A stretch of 64,000 bases of DNA from Natronospirales bacterium. Lineage in GTDB: Bacteria > Pseudomonadota > Gammaproteobacteria > Natronospirales > JAIVGZ01. A model generated the notes under the pieces. That model searched no databases. It saw only the letters and a program-made list of their open reading frames with translations, and was not told the origin of the DNA. Position 1 is the first letter of the stretch. Each line of letters starts with the position of its first letter. Location of the stretch: NCBI GenBank assembly GCA_020201335.1, contig JAIVGZ010000005.1:45099-109098 (forward strand), given 5' to 3'. The position numbers were made by a program, and so were the translations under genes. Shown one piece after another: positions 1 to 10,682 of the stretch.

Positions 1-202
1 GCCACTGTTCGGCTGCCGTCGACGACGGTTCCGCGACTGCCCAGTAGGCATCATCGGTGACGCGAACGACGACGGATGCGGTTGCCTCCGCAGCCGACCG
101 AAACCACGATTCCGCATGCTCCTTGCCGATGCCGGCGGCGAGGCGCGTCTTGACCGGCGAGAACCCCGGCGTCTTGACGAAGATGGCGATGGCGCCGGTC
201 AT
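1..202 (-). CDS. TIGR04282/DUF2064-family glycosyltransferase-like protein (partial, runs off left edge)
   Basis: Hand translation from ATG 202, which overlaps the upstream stop: MTGAIAIFVKTPGFSPVKTRLAAGIG. The VKTRLA motif fits the family. Not in the ORF track. Confidence 0.8.
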   Translation of the reverse strand, partial: MTGAIAIFVKTPGFSPVKTRLAAGIGKEHAESWFRSAAEATASVVVRVTDDAYWAVAEPSSTAAEQW

Positions 203-852
203 GCGTGACGCGCCGAGAACAGGCGCGCCTGCAGGATAGTGGCAGTCGCATGCCGCGCGGTGACGCGGAACCAGCCTTCGTCCGCGTAGCGGCGGCCGCT
301 CGTGTACAACGGCGCCCGCAAGCGCGTCACGGGGATGCGCGCGTGGCGGGCAGCCCAGACCAGCGCATGATCCTCGGCTGCCGCCAGGGTCTCGTCGAAA
401 CCGCCGAGCTGGTTGTATACCGCGCGGGGCATCAGCAAGCCCTGGTCACCGAACGGGAGTCCAAACCAGCGGCTGCGCAGGTTGCCGAAGAATGCGTTGA
501 CGGCCATCCACGGCGGGCCGTCGTAGAAGCGCAGGTCGCAATACCCGAGCATGTCGCGGTCCGGCGCTGTGGCGACCGCATCGAGGGTCGCCGGCACGAC
601 TCGGCTGTCCGCATGGATGAACCATAACCACGGCCGCGCTGTGGCGGCGGCGCCCGCGTTCAGCTGGCGCGCCCGCCCGGGCTCGCCTTCGACGACCCGC
701 ACGCCGGTCGTTTCGGGCAGCGGCGGCACGTCGCCGTGGACGCATGACAGCACCCGTTCGCCGACCTCATGCAATTGTGGCAGCAGCGGGACCCATTCTC
801 GCTCGCCGGGCCCCGCTGGGATGATGACCGCGATGTCGCTCAGGCGGGGCAT
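199..852 (-). CDS. GT2 glycosyltransferase, TIGR04283-like
   Basis: VIIP start, GRARQLNAGA, FIHADS, PFGDQGL, GGFD..AED and TSGRRY motifs; start trimmed to MPRLSD. Confidence 0.85.
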   Translation of the reverse strand: MPRLSDIAVIIPAGPGEREWVPLLPQLHEVGERVLSCVHGDVPPLPETTGVRVVEGEPGRARQLNAGAAATARPWLWFIHADSRVVPATLDAVATAPDRDMLGYCDLRFYDGPPWMAVNAFFGNLRSRWFGLPFGDQGLLMPRAVYNQLGGFDETLAAAEDHALVWAARHARIPVTRLRAPLYTSGRRYADEGWFRVTARHATATILQARLFSARHA

Positions 853-853
853 G

Positions 854-1903
854 TCAGCAGCACGGGGCTGCGGGCGCTCCGGCGCGCTCGGCGGGCGCAC
901 AGTCGAACAGGCCGAAGTGCGTCCGTTTGTCGCCGGCGATGCGGAAATGGCGCGCATAACGCGACCGGGACAGCATATCCGCGGTGTTGCCGCACACCGC
1001 GAGCGGCCGCCCCGTCTCGAACAGATGATGGTCGTCAAGTACGAACCGGTGCGGGTGGCCGGCTATCGTTCCCAGATAAGTCGCGACCTGCCCGAAGTTC
1101 TCGCAGCGGTCCTCGAGCGGCAGCTTGAAGCCGCGTATCGTCAACGAGCGGAACGTGACGAAACCGATTTTCCGCTCGATATCGGCATCGAGCAACGGCA
1201 CGGGTGACGAACTCACGACCCTCGCGTCGGCGCAACCGGCGGCCGCCAACACGCGGCGGAAGTCCTCGACGTACAGTGCGCCGCCGAGGCATTCGCCGCG
1301 CAGCACCGGGTCGTCGCGCAACGCTGCGGGAATGCGACGGTCTGCGAACACGTCCGAAAAATAGAACTCGCCGCCGGGCTTAAGCACCCTCAGCATCTCT
1401 GCGAACACGCGGTCCTTCTCCGGCGACAGGTTCAGCACGCAGTTCGAGACCACGACGTCGACCGTGTCGTCGGCGATGCCCGCATCGGCCAGGTCCTCGA
1501 TGTAACCGTGGCGGAACGCCACGTTCGGCGTCCGGTATCCATAGCGCTCCATGTGCCAATCCACGTGGCGTCGTGCGACCGCGAGCTGTTCTTCGGTCAT
1601 ATCCACGCCGATGACCCGCCCTTGCTGCCCGACGAGGCGAGAGAGTACGTAGCAGTCCCGGCCCGTGCCGCACCCGAGGTCGAGGACGGTGCAGCCATCG
1701 AGCGCCGGCGGCAACGGCGCGCCGCATCCGTAGAAGCGCTCGCGCACTTCCGGGTGTACGTCGGCGACGAGGCGTCGCAGCGGTTCCGGCAGCGACTCCG
1801 TCGCGCAACACGCGCCGGTCTTGAGGTCTGCGCTCGATTGCAACACCTCGCCGTAATATCGGCGGACGTCGTCTAGCGTGGAGGGTTCAGGAATTGCGTT
1901 CAT
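854..1903 (-). CDS. arsM: arsenite methyltransferase (ArsM/AS3MT)-like SAM methyltransferase
   Basis: KTGACC, FYGCG, VLDLGCGTGRD, VSNCVLNLS and GECLGGA carry the ArsM-type Cys set; C-terminal CC. Confidence 0.75.
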   Translation of the reverse strand: MNAIPEPSTLDDVRRYYGEVLQSSADLKTGACCATESLPEPLRRLVADVHPEVRERFYGCGAPLPPALDGCTVLDLGCGTGRDCYVLSRLVGQQGRVIGVDMTEEQLAVARRHVDWHMERYGYRTPNVAFRHGYIEDLADAGIADDTVDVVVSNCVLNLSPEKDRVFAEMLRVLKPGGEFYFSDVFADRRIPAALRDDPVLRGECLGGALYVEDFRRVLAAAGCADARVVSSSPVPLLDADIERKIGFVTFRSLTIRGFKLPLEDRCENFGQVATYLGTIAGHPHRFVLDDHHLFETGRPLAVCGNTADMLSRSRYARHFRIAGDKRTHFGLFDCAPAERAGAPAAPCC

Positions 1904-3887
1904 CGGCGCTGCCTCGGGCGTTGAGGTTCGTGACGGGGTGTGCGCGGCCGCGGCGCCACGCGAAGAACTTTTCGGCCAATCGCAGCTTGACGAAACCGTG
2001 GTCGGCGCCGTCGGCGATCGCACGGTCGAGGTCGTCGATGCCGTAGCGCGTCACTTCGACCTCGACACCGCGCTCGCGGGCTTCGTCCTCCGACAGCCCG
2101 ACCCGCGCGACCTCAGGATCGGTGAAGGTCGCCCAAGGGATCACACTATAGTCGGCGCGGAAACTCCAGAACGGCGCGAGCAGCCCGTTCAGCGATGCAT
2201 ACCAGGCCTGGTGCGCGGCGACGTGGGTGAACTGGAATGGGCCGGTGACGTCGCCCGCGACCAGGATGTTCGGGAAGTTGGTGCGCAGGAACCCGTCCGC
2301 CTCGACCGTGCCCCGGGAGGTGAGGCACACGCCGAGTTCCTGGAGGCCGAAGCCGTCGACGTTCGCTTTCCGTCCGAGCGCGACCAACACGCGGTCGAAC
2401 GGCAACGCGACTTCCCGACCGTCGTGTTCGCAGACGAGTTCGTCTCTCGACGGCCCACGGGCCACGCGCAGTGCACGGTGCGCCGAGGCGACTGTGATCC
2501 CCTCGGCGTTGAAACGCGCTTCGAGTTCAGCGGCCGCGTCGGCATCCTCGCGAGGCAACAGGCGCGGCGCCATCTCGACCACCGTCACCTCGCTGCCGAG
2601 ACGTCGGAAGCACTGCGCGAGTTCGCTGCCGATCGGCCCGCCGCCGAGCACGATCAGTTGGCGCGGCAGTTCGCGTAGGTCCCAGATGGAGTCGCTCGTG
2701 AGGTAGTCGACCTGATCGAGGCCGGGAATCGGCGGCACGAGGGCGCGCGCGCCGGTCGCGACGATAATCGCGCGGGCGCTGATGCGACGGTCGCCCACCG
2801 CGACCTCCCAGGGTGAAACGAGCTGCGCGTCGCCCTGTATTACGTCGACGCCGAGTGAACGGTAACGCTCCGGCGAGTCGTGCGGCTCGACCTTGCGTAT
2901 CACGGTCTTGACGCGGTCCATGACTTCCGCGAAGTCGAACTCCGCGCGCATGCTGCGGATGCCGAATCGGTCTGAATCGCGGGCGTCCGCGAGCAGGCGT
3001 GCCGACCGGATCAGCGCCTTCGACGGCACGCAGCCGGTGTTCAGGCAGTCACCGCCCATCCGGTGCTTCTCGACCAGCGCGACCTTCGCGTTCACCGCGG
3101 CGCCGATGTACGCCGACACCAGGCCGGCGGAACCGGCGCCGATGACGATCAGGTTGTAATCGAACGCGCGTGGTTTGGTATGGCCGCGGTAAACGCGGTG
3201 TGCCGCGACCGCGCGTGCGAACCACCGTGTGATCAGCGGCAGGAGGCCGATGATCACGAACGCGCCGATGAGTCCCGGCGACAACACGTCGCCGGCGCTC
3301 TCGATGCGTGCGAGCTGCGTACCCGCGTACACATAGGCGAGCGTGCCGGGGACCATGCCCAGCTGGCTGACCCAGTAGAATGTCCAGGTTTTGAGCGCGG
3401 TGAGGCCAGCCAGCAGGTTGATCACGAAGAACGGGAACACCGGCACCAGTCGCAATGTGAACAGGTAATACCCGCCGTCCTTGCGGACGCCGTCATCAAT
3501 CCTGGCGAGCCGGTCGGAATACCGCGCCCGCAGCCAGTCGCGCAACACGAAGCGCGCGACCAGGAACGCCAAGGTCGCGCCGATGGTGCTCGCGAACGAG
3601 ACTAGGACGAAACCTTGCGCCAGGCCGAACAGCGCACCCGCCGCGAGCGTCATCACCGCGGCGCCGGGAATCGACAGTGCGGCGACCGCGACGTAGAGGC
3701 CGAAGAAGCCCGCGAACGCGCGCACCGGGTGCGCGTCGATCCATGCAGCGAGGTCCGCCTGGTGTGCTTTAAGCGCCTCGAGGTCGAGCTGTCCGGCGAT
3801 GCCGCTTTGATACAGCACGAGCGCGACGACGACGAGCACGGCGATGACGGCGACGCGGAGCAGGGTACGGCGGCGATTTGGGCTCAT
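1887..3887 (-). CDS. VTT/DedA membrane domain fused to flavoprotein disulfide reductase (MerA/Lpd-like); dimerisation domain appears internally deleted
   Basis: LRLVPVFPF (VTT), GAGSAG, GGDCLNTGCVPSK, GGGPIG; GFVK runs directly into LRLAEKFF with no H..PT..E segment. Confidence 0.85.
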   Translation of the reverse strand: MSPNRRRTLLRVAVIAVLVVVALVLYQSGIAGQLDLEALKAHQADLAAWIDAHPVRAFAGFFGLYVAVAALSIPGAAVMTLAAGALFGLAQGFVLVSFASTIGATLAFLVARFVLRDWLRARYSDRLARIDDGVRKDGGYYLFTLRLVPVFPFFVINLLAGLTALKTWTFYWVSQLGMVPGTLAYVYAGTQLARIESAGDVLSPGLIGAFVIIGLLPLITRWFARAVAAHRVYRGHTKPRAFDYNLIVIGAGSAGLVSAYIGAAVNAKVALVEKHRMGGDCLNTGCVPSKALIRSARLLADARDSDRFGIRSMRAEFDFAEVMDRVKTVIRKVEPHDSPERYRSLGVDVIQGDAQLVSPWEVAVGDRRISARAIIVATGARALVPPIPGLDQVDYLTSDSIWDLRELPRQLIVLGGGPIGSELAQCFRRLGSEVTVVEMAPRLLPREDADAAAELEARFNAEGITVASAHRALRVARGPSRDELVCEHDGREVALPFDRVLVALGRKANVDGFGLQELGVCLTSRGTVEADGFLRTNFPNILVAGDVTGPFQFTHVAAHQAWYASLNGLLAPFWSFRADYSVIPWATFTDPEVARVGLSEDEARERGVEVEVTRYGIDDLDRAIADGADHGFVKLRLAEKFFAWRRGRAHPVTNLNARGSADERNS

Positions 3888-3895
3888 GAATAACG

Positions 3896-3923
3896 GGACC
3901 GGTAGTGGGGCGCGGAAATTTCA
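3896..3923 (-). promoter_or_regulatory. ECF-type promoter TGAAAT-N16-CGGTCC for the reductase/arsM operon
   Basis: Same motif and spacing as the copies at 3960 and 5140; 8 nt upstream of ATG 3887. Confidence 0.7.
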
Positions 3924-3959
3924 GTATGGGCACGCGCCGACACTGCGCAACAAAGAATT

Positions 3960-3987
3960 TGAAATAGAAGCGTGGCAGCCCCGGTCT
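3960..3987 (+). promoter_or_regulatory. ECF-type promoter TGAAAT-N16-CGGTCT for trx-ccdA
   Basis: Motif read directly; upstream of AAGGAG RBS and the thioredoxin gene. Confidence 0.7.
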
Positions 3988-4009
3988 GCTGTATGACGAA
4001 CCAAAGGAG

Positions 4010-4402
4010 ATGAACATGCTGAGAACACTGGTGCTGACTCTGGTCGTGATGCTCGCATCGCCTGTTGCCGAAGGGGCTGAAGCACGACCGTACAGCGACG
4101 AGGCGTTCGCGGCGCTTCAGGCCGAGGGGTCGCCAATCCTCGTCGATGTGTACGCGACTTGGTGCCCAACGTGCCGGCGGCAGGGTCAGATCCTCGAACC
4201 GCTGCTCGCGGAGCCGGAATTCGCCGGCCTGATCGTGCTGAAGCTCGACTGGGATGCGCAGCGGGACGCCGCGCGCGCGCTCGGTGCGCCGAGGCAAAGT
4301 ACGCTGATTGTGTTCCGCGGCGATGAGGAGCGCGGCCGCTCGATTGCCGATACCAGCGAGGCGGGCATCCGCGGGCTGCTCGAACGCGCGGTCGCCGATT
4401 GA
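4010..4402 (+). CDS. exported thioredoxin-family protein
   Basis: Signal peptide, WCPTC active site, RQSTL cis-Pro-region variant. Confidence 0.85.
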   Translation: MNMLRTLVLTLVVMLASPVAEGAEARPYSDEAFAALQAEGSPILVDVYATWCPTCRRQGQILEPLLAEPEFAGLIVLKLDWDAQRDAARALGAPRQSTLIVFRGDEERGRSIADTSEAGIRGLLERAVAD

Positions 4403-5131
4403 ATGGAATGGGGTCTGGCGACGCTCGGGTTGGCCGCGCTGGCCGGCCTGCTGACCATGCTGAATCCGTGCGTGCTGCCCCTCCTGCCGGTCGTAGCGAG
4501 CGCGGCGATGGCGCGCTCCGCTGCTGGGCTGCTCGCGCTGGCCGGCGGCATGAGCGTGACCTTCGCGGTCGCCGGGACCGCGCTGGCCGCTACCGGGCAG
4601 GTGGTGGGGCTGGAAGGCGACACGTTACGTTTAACGGCCGCCGTACTGATGGTGCTGGTCGGACTATTGCTGGTCAGCGCACCGCTCCAGCGGGCGTTCG
4701 CGCGTGCGACTGCGGGTATCGCCGACTTCGGTCACGCAGCCCTCGCAAGGTTCCAGCCGGAGGGTGCCGGTGGGCAGTTCGCCGCGGGCGCGCTCTTGGG
4801 GCTCGTGTGGACGCCGTGCATCGGACCGACGCTTGGGGCGGCAATCGCGCTCGCGGCGCAGGGAGAAGCCCTGCCGCAGGTGGCCGCGGTCATGGTGGTG
4901 TTCAGCCTGTTCGCCGTGCTGCCGCTGGCGGCGATCGGGTTTGCGTCCCGGGTAGGGTTCCAACGCCATCGCGCCACCGCGGCGGGCTTCGGCAGGACCG
5001 GCCGGACGCTGATGGGTTATGGCCTGCTGGCCATCGGGCTGCTGGTGCTGACCGGCGGCGACAAGGTGCTCGAGACCCTGGTACTCGACCATGCGCCGGA
5101 CTGGCTGATCGACCTCACGACCCGGTACTGA
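4403..5131 (+). CDS. ccdA: CcdA/DsbD-beta transmembrane thiol-disulfide transporter
   Basis: NPCVLPLLP and WTPCIGPTLG motifs, about 6 TM segments. Confidence 0.88.
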   Translation: MEWGLATLGLAALAGLLTMLNPCVLPLLPVVASAAMARSAAGLLALAGGMSVTFAVAGTALAATGQVVGLEGDTLRLTAAVLMVLVGLLLVSAPLQRAFARATAGIADFGHAALARFQPEGAGGQFAAGALLGLVWTPCIGPTLGAAIALAAQGEALPQVAAVMVVFSLFAVLPLAAIGFASRVGFQRHRATAAGFGRTGRTLMGYGLLAIGLLVLTGGDKVLETLVLDHAPDWLIDLTTRY

Positions 5132-5139
5132 CGCACGCG

Positions 5140-5167
5140 TGAAATCACAAGTGCCACAATCCGGTCT
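5140..5167 (+). promoter_or_regulatory. ECF autoregulatory promoter TGAAAT-N16-CGGTCT
   Basis: 7 nt upstream of ATG 5175 of the sigma gene. Confidence 0.72.
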
Positions 5168-5174
5168 TATGGGT

Positions 5175-5696
5175 ATGACCAGCGACCATCAACGGTTCGA
5201 AACGCTCGTCGGCGCGTTGCTGCCGCAGCTGTACCGGTATGCGTACTGGTTGAGCCGCAACCGCAGTCTCGCGGAGGACGTCGTCCAGGAAGCGTTGATA
5301 CGGGCGTGGAAATCGCTCGATTCATTACGGGATGACAGCAAGGCCAAGAGCTGGCTGTTCACGATCATCCGGCGCGAGCACGCGCGGCATTATGAAAAGC
5401 GCCGCCTCGAATGCGTGGACATCGACACGGTCGAGGTCGCCGAGACCGAGCATTCACCGGTCGAGGCCGATGCGGAGCTCGACGACCTGCGGCGGATGGT
5501 CTCGCGCCTGGACGTCGCGTACCGCGAGCCGTTGGTCCTGCAGGTCGTCGTGGGCTGCTCGTGCGACGAGATCGCCGAACTGATGGACCTGACCCGCGCG
5601 GCCGTGCTCACGCGCCTGTTTCGCGCAAGGCAGCAGTTGATGAAGATGGCGGACGCCCCCGCCGAAGCGAAGAGGTCCCAAAATGGAATGCCTTGA
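5175..5696 (+). CDS. ECF sigma-70 factor
   Basis: AEDVVQEALIRAW, SWLFTIIRRE and region 4 EIAELM..AVLTRLFRAR; start placed after the promoter motif. Confidence 0.92.
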   Translation: MTSDHQRFETLVGALLPQLYRYAYWLSRNRSLAEDVVQEALIRAWKSLDSLRDDSKAKSWLFTIIRREHARHYEKRRLECVDIDTVEVAETEHSPVEADAELDDLRRMVSRLDVAYREPLVLQVVVGCSCDEIAELMDLTRAAVLTRLFRARQQLMKMADAPAEAKRSQNGMP

Positions 5697-6375
5697 ATTC
5701 CGCCGACGGCTGCTGGAAAACCCGCGCGACCAGACCGCGGCGCTGTCCGCGCACCGGCTCGGATGCCGTGCATGCAGCGAATGGGCGGCGCAGGCACAGG
5801 CGTTCGATGTACGGCTGCGGCGCGCGCTGGACGTCCCCGTCCCCGACGGCCTGGCAGAAAAGGTGATGATGGAGGCCACTTGGAAGCCGGTCAGGCGGCG
5901 GCGCTGGTACGCGTTCGCGGCGTCCGCGGCTGCGGTGACACTGGCCGCGACCCTGATCGCGGTGCAGTTGTGGCAAGGGGCGCCGCTCGCCGACACGGTG
6001 GTCCAGCACCTGTACCACGAGCCGGAATTGCTGATGATTGAGGACGGGGCTGTCACCGATACGCAATTGCGTGCTGTGCTGCAGCGCGTCGGTAGTCGGC
6101 TCGACGGCGACATCGGCCGTGTCATCCATGCTGGGCTGTGCCCGATCGCGGGGCGGCTCGCCGCGCACCTCGTCGTACAGGGCACCCACGGCCCCGTCGC
6201 AGTAATCGTGATGCCACGTAACGGTATCGACACAGTCACGCCGGTCCGCGACGGTGCGCTGCACGGCTCCGTGGTGCCAATCGCACGCGGGAGTGTTGCA
6301 ATCGTCGGCTTTGACGGCGAAGACCTCGACGCGCTGGTCGAGCGCGTGCGCGCCGGCCTCGTGCAGGAAGCTTGA
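5683..6375 (+). CDS. DUF3379-like membrane anti-sigma factor with ZAS motif
   Basis: MECLEFRR, HxxxCxxC (HRLGCRAC), single TM, periplasmic domain; overlaps the sigma gene. Confidence 0.8.
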   Translation: MECLEFRRRLLENPRDQTAALSAHRLGCRACSEWAAQAQAFDVRLRRALDVPVPDGLAEKVMMEATWKPVRRRRWYAFAASAAAVTLAATLIAVQLWQGAPLADTVVQHLYHEPELLMIEDGAVTDTQLRAVLQRVGSRLDGDIGRVIHAGLCPIAGRLAAHLVVQGTHGPVAVIVMPRNGIDTVTPVRDGALHGSVVPIARGSVAIVGFDGEDLDALVERVRAGLVQEA

Positions 6376-6376
6376 A

Positions 6377-6405
6377 TTGACAGCATCCCAAGCGCCCCGT
6401 ACAGT
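6377..6405 (+). promoter_or_regulatory. sigma70 promoter of the trp operon
   Basis: TTGACA-17 bp-TACAGT. Confidence 0.8.
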
Positions 6406-6413
6406 TCGCCCCA

Positions 6414-6491
6414 ATGTCACGCATCGAGAACAAGATGATTGCCCGTCGCTGGTGGTGGTGGACCCACTCCCCGGCGGGCGTTCGCGCGTGA
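6414..6491 (+). CDS. trpL: trp attenuator leader peptide MSRIENKMIARRWWWWTHSPAGVRA
   Basis: Four tandem TGG codons (6450-6461) upstream of a terminator and the trp genes. Confidence 0.88.
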   Translation: MSRIENKMIARRWWWWTHSPAGVRA

Positions 6492-6526
6492 CCCGGCAGC
6501 ACTGAAGCGCTGACCGGATAACCCTG

Positions 6527-6557
6527 AAGCCCGCCATATCGGCGGGCTTTGTCATTT
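6527..6557 (+). terminator. trp attenuator terminator hairpin
   Basis: AAGCCCGCC-ATATC-GGCGGGCTT plus T-rich tail; competing GGCGGGC at 6473-6479. Confidence 0.85.
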
Positions 6558-6593
6558 CTGCACGACAGGTTCGCTCGATGAAGGAGTCGAACC

Positions 6594-7609
6594 ATGATCA
6601 TCGTGCTCAAACCCGAAGCGACCCACGACGACGCGCAAGCGATGCTGCGCGTCATCGAGGCGCAGGGCCTGCAACCTCTCTACCTGCCCGGGGTCGAGCG
6701 CATCGTGCTCGGCGCGCTCGGCGACGAGCGCGTGCTCCGGACGCTGCGGCTCGATGGCCATCCGCTCGTCGAGAGCGTCAAACCTATACTCACGCCGTAC
6801 AAGCGGGTGAGCCGCGAGATGCAACGCCACGACACCCAGATCGACATCAGCTCGGTCACGGTCGGCGGCCGTGGCTTCGTCGTGATGGCCGGGCCCTGCG
6901 CGGTCGAGAACCACGGCCAGGTTAATGCGACCGCCGCAGCGGTGCGGGAATCAGGTGCGCGCGTGCTGCGCGGCGGTGCGTTCAAGCCGCGCACCAGCCC
7001 GTACGCGTTCCAGGGGCACGGCGAAGACGCGCTCAAGTTGCTCGCCGATGCGGGGCGTGCGCATGACATGCCGATCGTCACCGAGGTGGTCGACCCGGCC
7101 GACGTCGAACTGGTCGCCGAACACGCCGACGCGCTGCAGGTCGGCGCGCGCAACATGCAGAATTACCGGCTGCTGCAGGCCGTCGGCCGCGCCAGCAGGC
7201 CGGTGCTATTGAAGCGGGGGATGTCGGCGACCATCGAGGAGCTGCTGCTCGCTGCAGAGTACATCATGGATGCCGGCAACCCGAACGTCATCCTTTGTGA
7301 ACGCGGTATCCGCACGTTCGAAACCGCCACCCGCAACACGCTCGACCTGAACGCGGTCGCGGTGCTGAAGCTGCGCTCGCACCTGCCGGTCGTCGTCGAC
7401 CCGTCGCACGGCACGGGCGTGCGCGAGCTCGTGGCACCGATGGCGAAGGCGGCGATCGGCGCAGGCGCAGACGGTCTCATCATCGAAGTGCATTGCGACC
7501 CCGCGAGTGCATTGTCGGACGGCGCGCAGTCGCTGGACCCGGACGGGTTTGCACGGCTGATGCGCGAGATCGCGCCGTTCGTCGAGGCGGCCGGGCGGAC
7601 GTTCGCCGC

Positions 7610-7613
<4 letters not shown>
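6594..7613 (+). CDS. aroF: 3-deoxy-7-phosphoheptulonate (DAHP) synthase, type I-beta
   Basis: [39 protein letters not shown]; N-terminal regulatory domain. Confidence 0.93.
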
Positions 7614-9096
<1,483 letters not shown>

Positions 9097-9100
<4 letters not shown>

Positions 9101-9681
9101 ACCAGCACGTGTTGCTCGTCGACAACCACGATTCGTTCACGTTCAACCTCGTGTATGACCTGGAAGCGCTCGGCTGCACGACGGAGGTGTACCGCAACGA
9201 TGTGCGCTGCGACTTCCTGCTTGACCGTGCGCGTGCGACCGCCGCGGCGTTCATGTTGTCGCCGGGTCCCGGCGGGCCAGCCGATGCCGGCGTCTGCACC
9301 GAGCTCGTGCGCGCGGCAGCGGGCGAGTTCGGCGTCCTCGGCATCTGCCTCGGCCACCAGGTCATCGTCGACGCGTTCGGTGGCCGGGTGGGTGCGTCGC
9401 CGAGCATCGTGCATGGGCGCGCGAGCGTCATACATCGTGCGGATCACGCGCTGTTCAGCGGGCTGCCGGCGGAGCTCAGCGTCGGCCGCTACCACTCGCT
9501 CGCCGCACAGGTCATCCCCGACGACCTGGAGGGCATCGCGACGACCCCCGACGGCGTCGTGATGGCCGTTGCCCACCGCACCGCGCGGGTCGCCGGCTTC
9601 CAATTCCATCCCGAATCCATTCTGACCACCCGCGGGCGTCCGCTGCTCGCCGGCGCGCTCGCCTGGGTCACGCAACGATGA
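9097..9681 (+). CDS. trpG: anthranilate synthase component II (glutamine amidotransferase)
   Basis: DNHDSFTFNL, SPGPG, GICLGHQ, RYHSL, QFHPES. Confidence 0.95.
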
Positions 9682-10682
9682 ACGCACTCCTTGAACGGCT
9701 GTACGCCGGTGTGTCGCTGAGCCGTGACGACAGCACGGCGCTGTTCGAACGGGTGCTGGAAGGTCACGCGACACCGGTTGAGATGACGGCGCTCCTCGTC
9801 GCGCTGAAGGCGAAGGGCGAATGCCCCGACGAGATCGCCGGCGCGGCGGTTGCGATGCGGGCGAGGGCGGTACCGTTCCCGCGGCCCGACTACGCGTTCG
9901 CGGATACCTGCGGTACCGGTGGCAGTGGGACCGGCACGCTGAACGTCTCGACCGCGGTGGCGTTCGCGCTCGCCGAGTGCGGGCTGCCCGTCGCGAAACA
10001 CGGCAACCGCGCGGTCAGTTCGAGGTCGGGCTCGGCCGACGTGCTCGAGGCCTTGGGTATGCGGCTCGACCCGTCGCCGGCCGTCTCGCGCAGCATGCTC
10101 GACGAGACGGGCTTCTGCTTTCTGTTCGCGCCGGCGTACCACCAGGGTGTCGCGCACGCGATGCCGGTGCGCAAAGCGCTCGGTACCCGGACCATCTTCA
10201 ATCTGCTCGGGCCGTTGGCGCACCCGGCAGCACCCCCGGTGCAACTGCTCGGTGTGTACGATGCGTCACTGTGCCGCCCGCTGGCTGAGACGCTGCGGCA
10301 GCTCGGCTGCACCACCGCGCTGGTCGTACATGGCGAGGTCGACGAGATCGCGTTGCACGGCCCGACGCGCGTCGCCCGGCTGAGCGACGGCCGCATCGAC
10401 GAGCTTGAACTGCACCCGGAGGACGCCGGTATCGCACCGCGGCCGCTGGCTGCGATCGAGGGGCGCGATGCCGCTCACAACGCCGCGGCGTTGCGTCGGT
10501 TGCTGGCGGGTGACGGCGACGCCGCCTACGCGGATGCGGTCGCACTGAACGGCGGTGCGCTGCTGTGGGTGACCGGGCGCGCGGAATCGTTCGCGGCCGG
10601 GTGTGCGGCCGTGCACGAGGCGCTTGCGTCGGGGCGGGCCGCAATACGCCTCAAGCGCGCAGTGGAGCTCAGCCATGGTTGA
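9678..10682 (+). CDS. trpD: anthranilate phosphoribosyltransferase
   Basis: DTCGTGG, NVST, KHGNRAVSSRSGSADVLE, RTIFNLLGPL. Confidence 0.95.
   Translation: MNALLERLYAGVSLSRDDSTALFERVLEGHATPVEMTALLVALKAKGECPDEIAGAAVAMRARAVPFPRPDYAFADTCGTGGSGTGTLNVSTAVAFALAECGLPVAKHGNRAVSSRSGSADVLEALGMRLDPSPAVSRSMLDETGFCFLFAPAYHQGVAHAMPVRKALGTRTIFNLLGPLAHPAAPPVQLLGVYDASLCRPLAETLRQLGCTTALVVHGEVDEIALHGPTRVARLSDGRIDELELHPEDAGIAPRPLAAIEGRDAAHNAAALRRLLAGDGDAAYADAVALNGGALLWVTGRAESFAAGCAAVHEALASGRAAIRLKRAVELSHG

Noticed and set aside
1887-3887. Calling the reductase merA or lpdA
   Set aside because: No C-terminal CC pair, no mer or pyruvate dehydrogenase context, and it has a VTT fusion
5139-5174. Longer N-terminus of the ECF sigma given in the ORF track
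   Set aside because: This stretch is occupied by the promoter motif; ATG 5175 fits better
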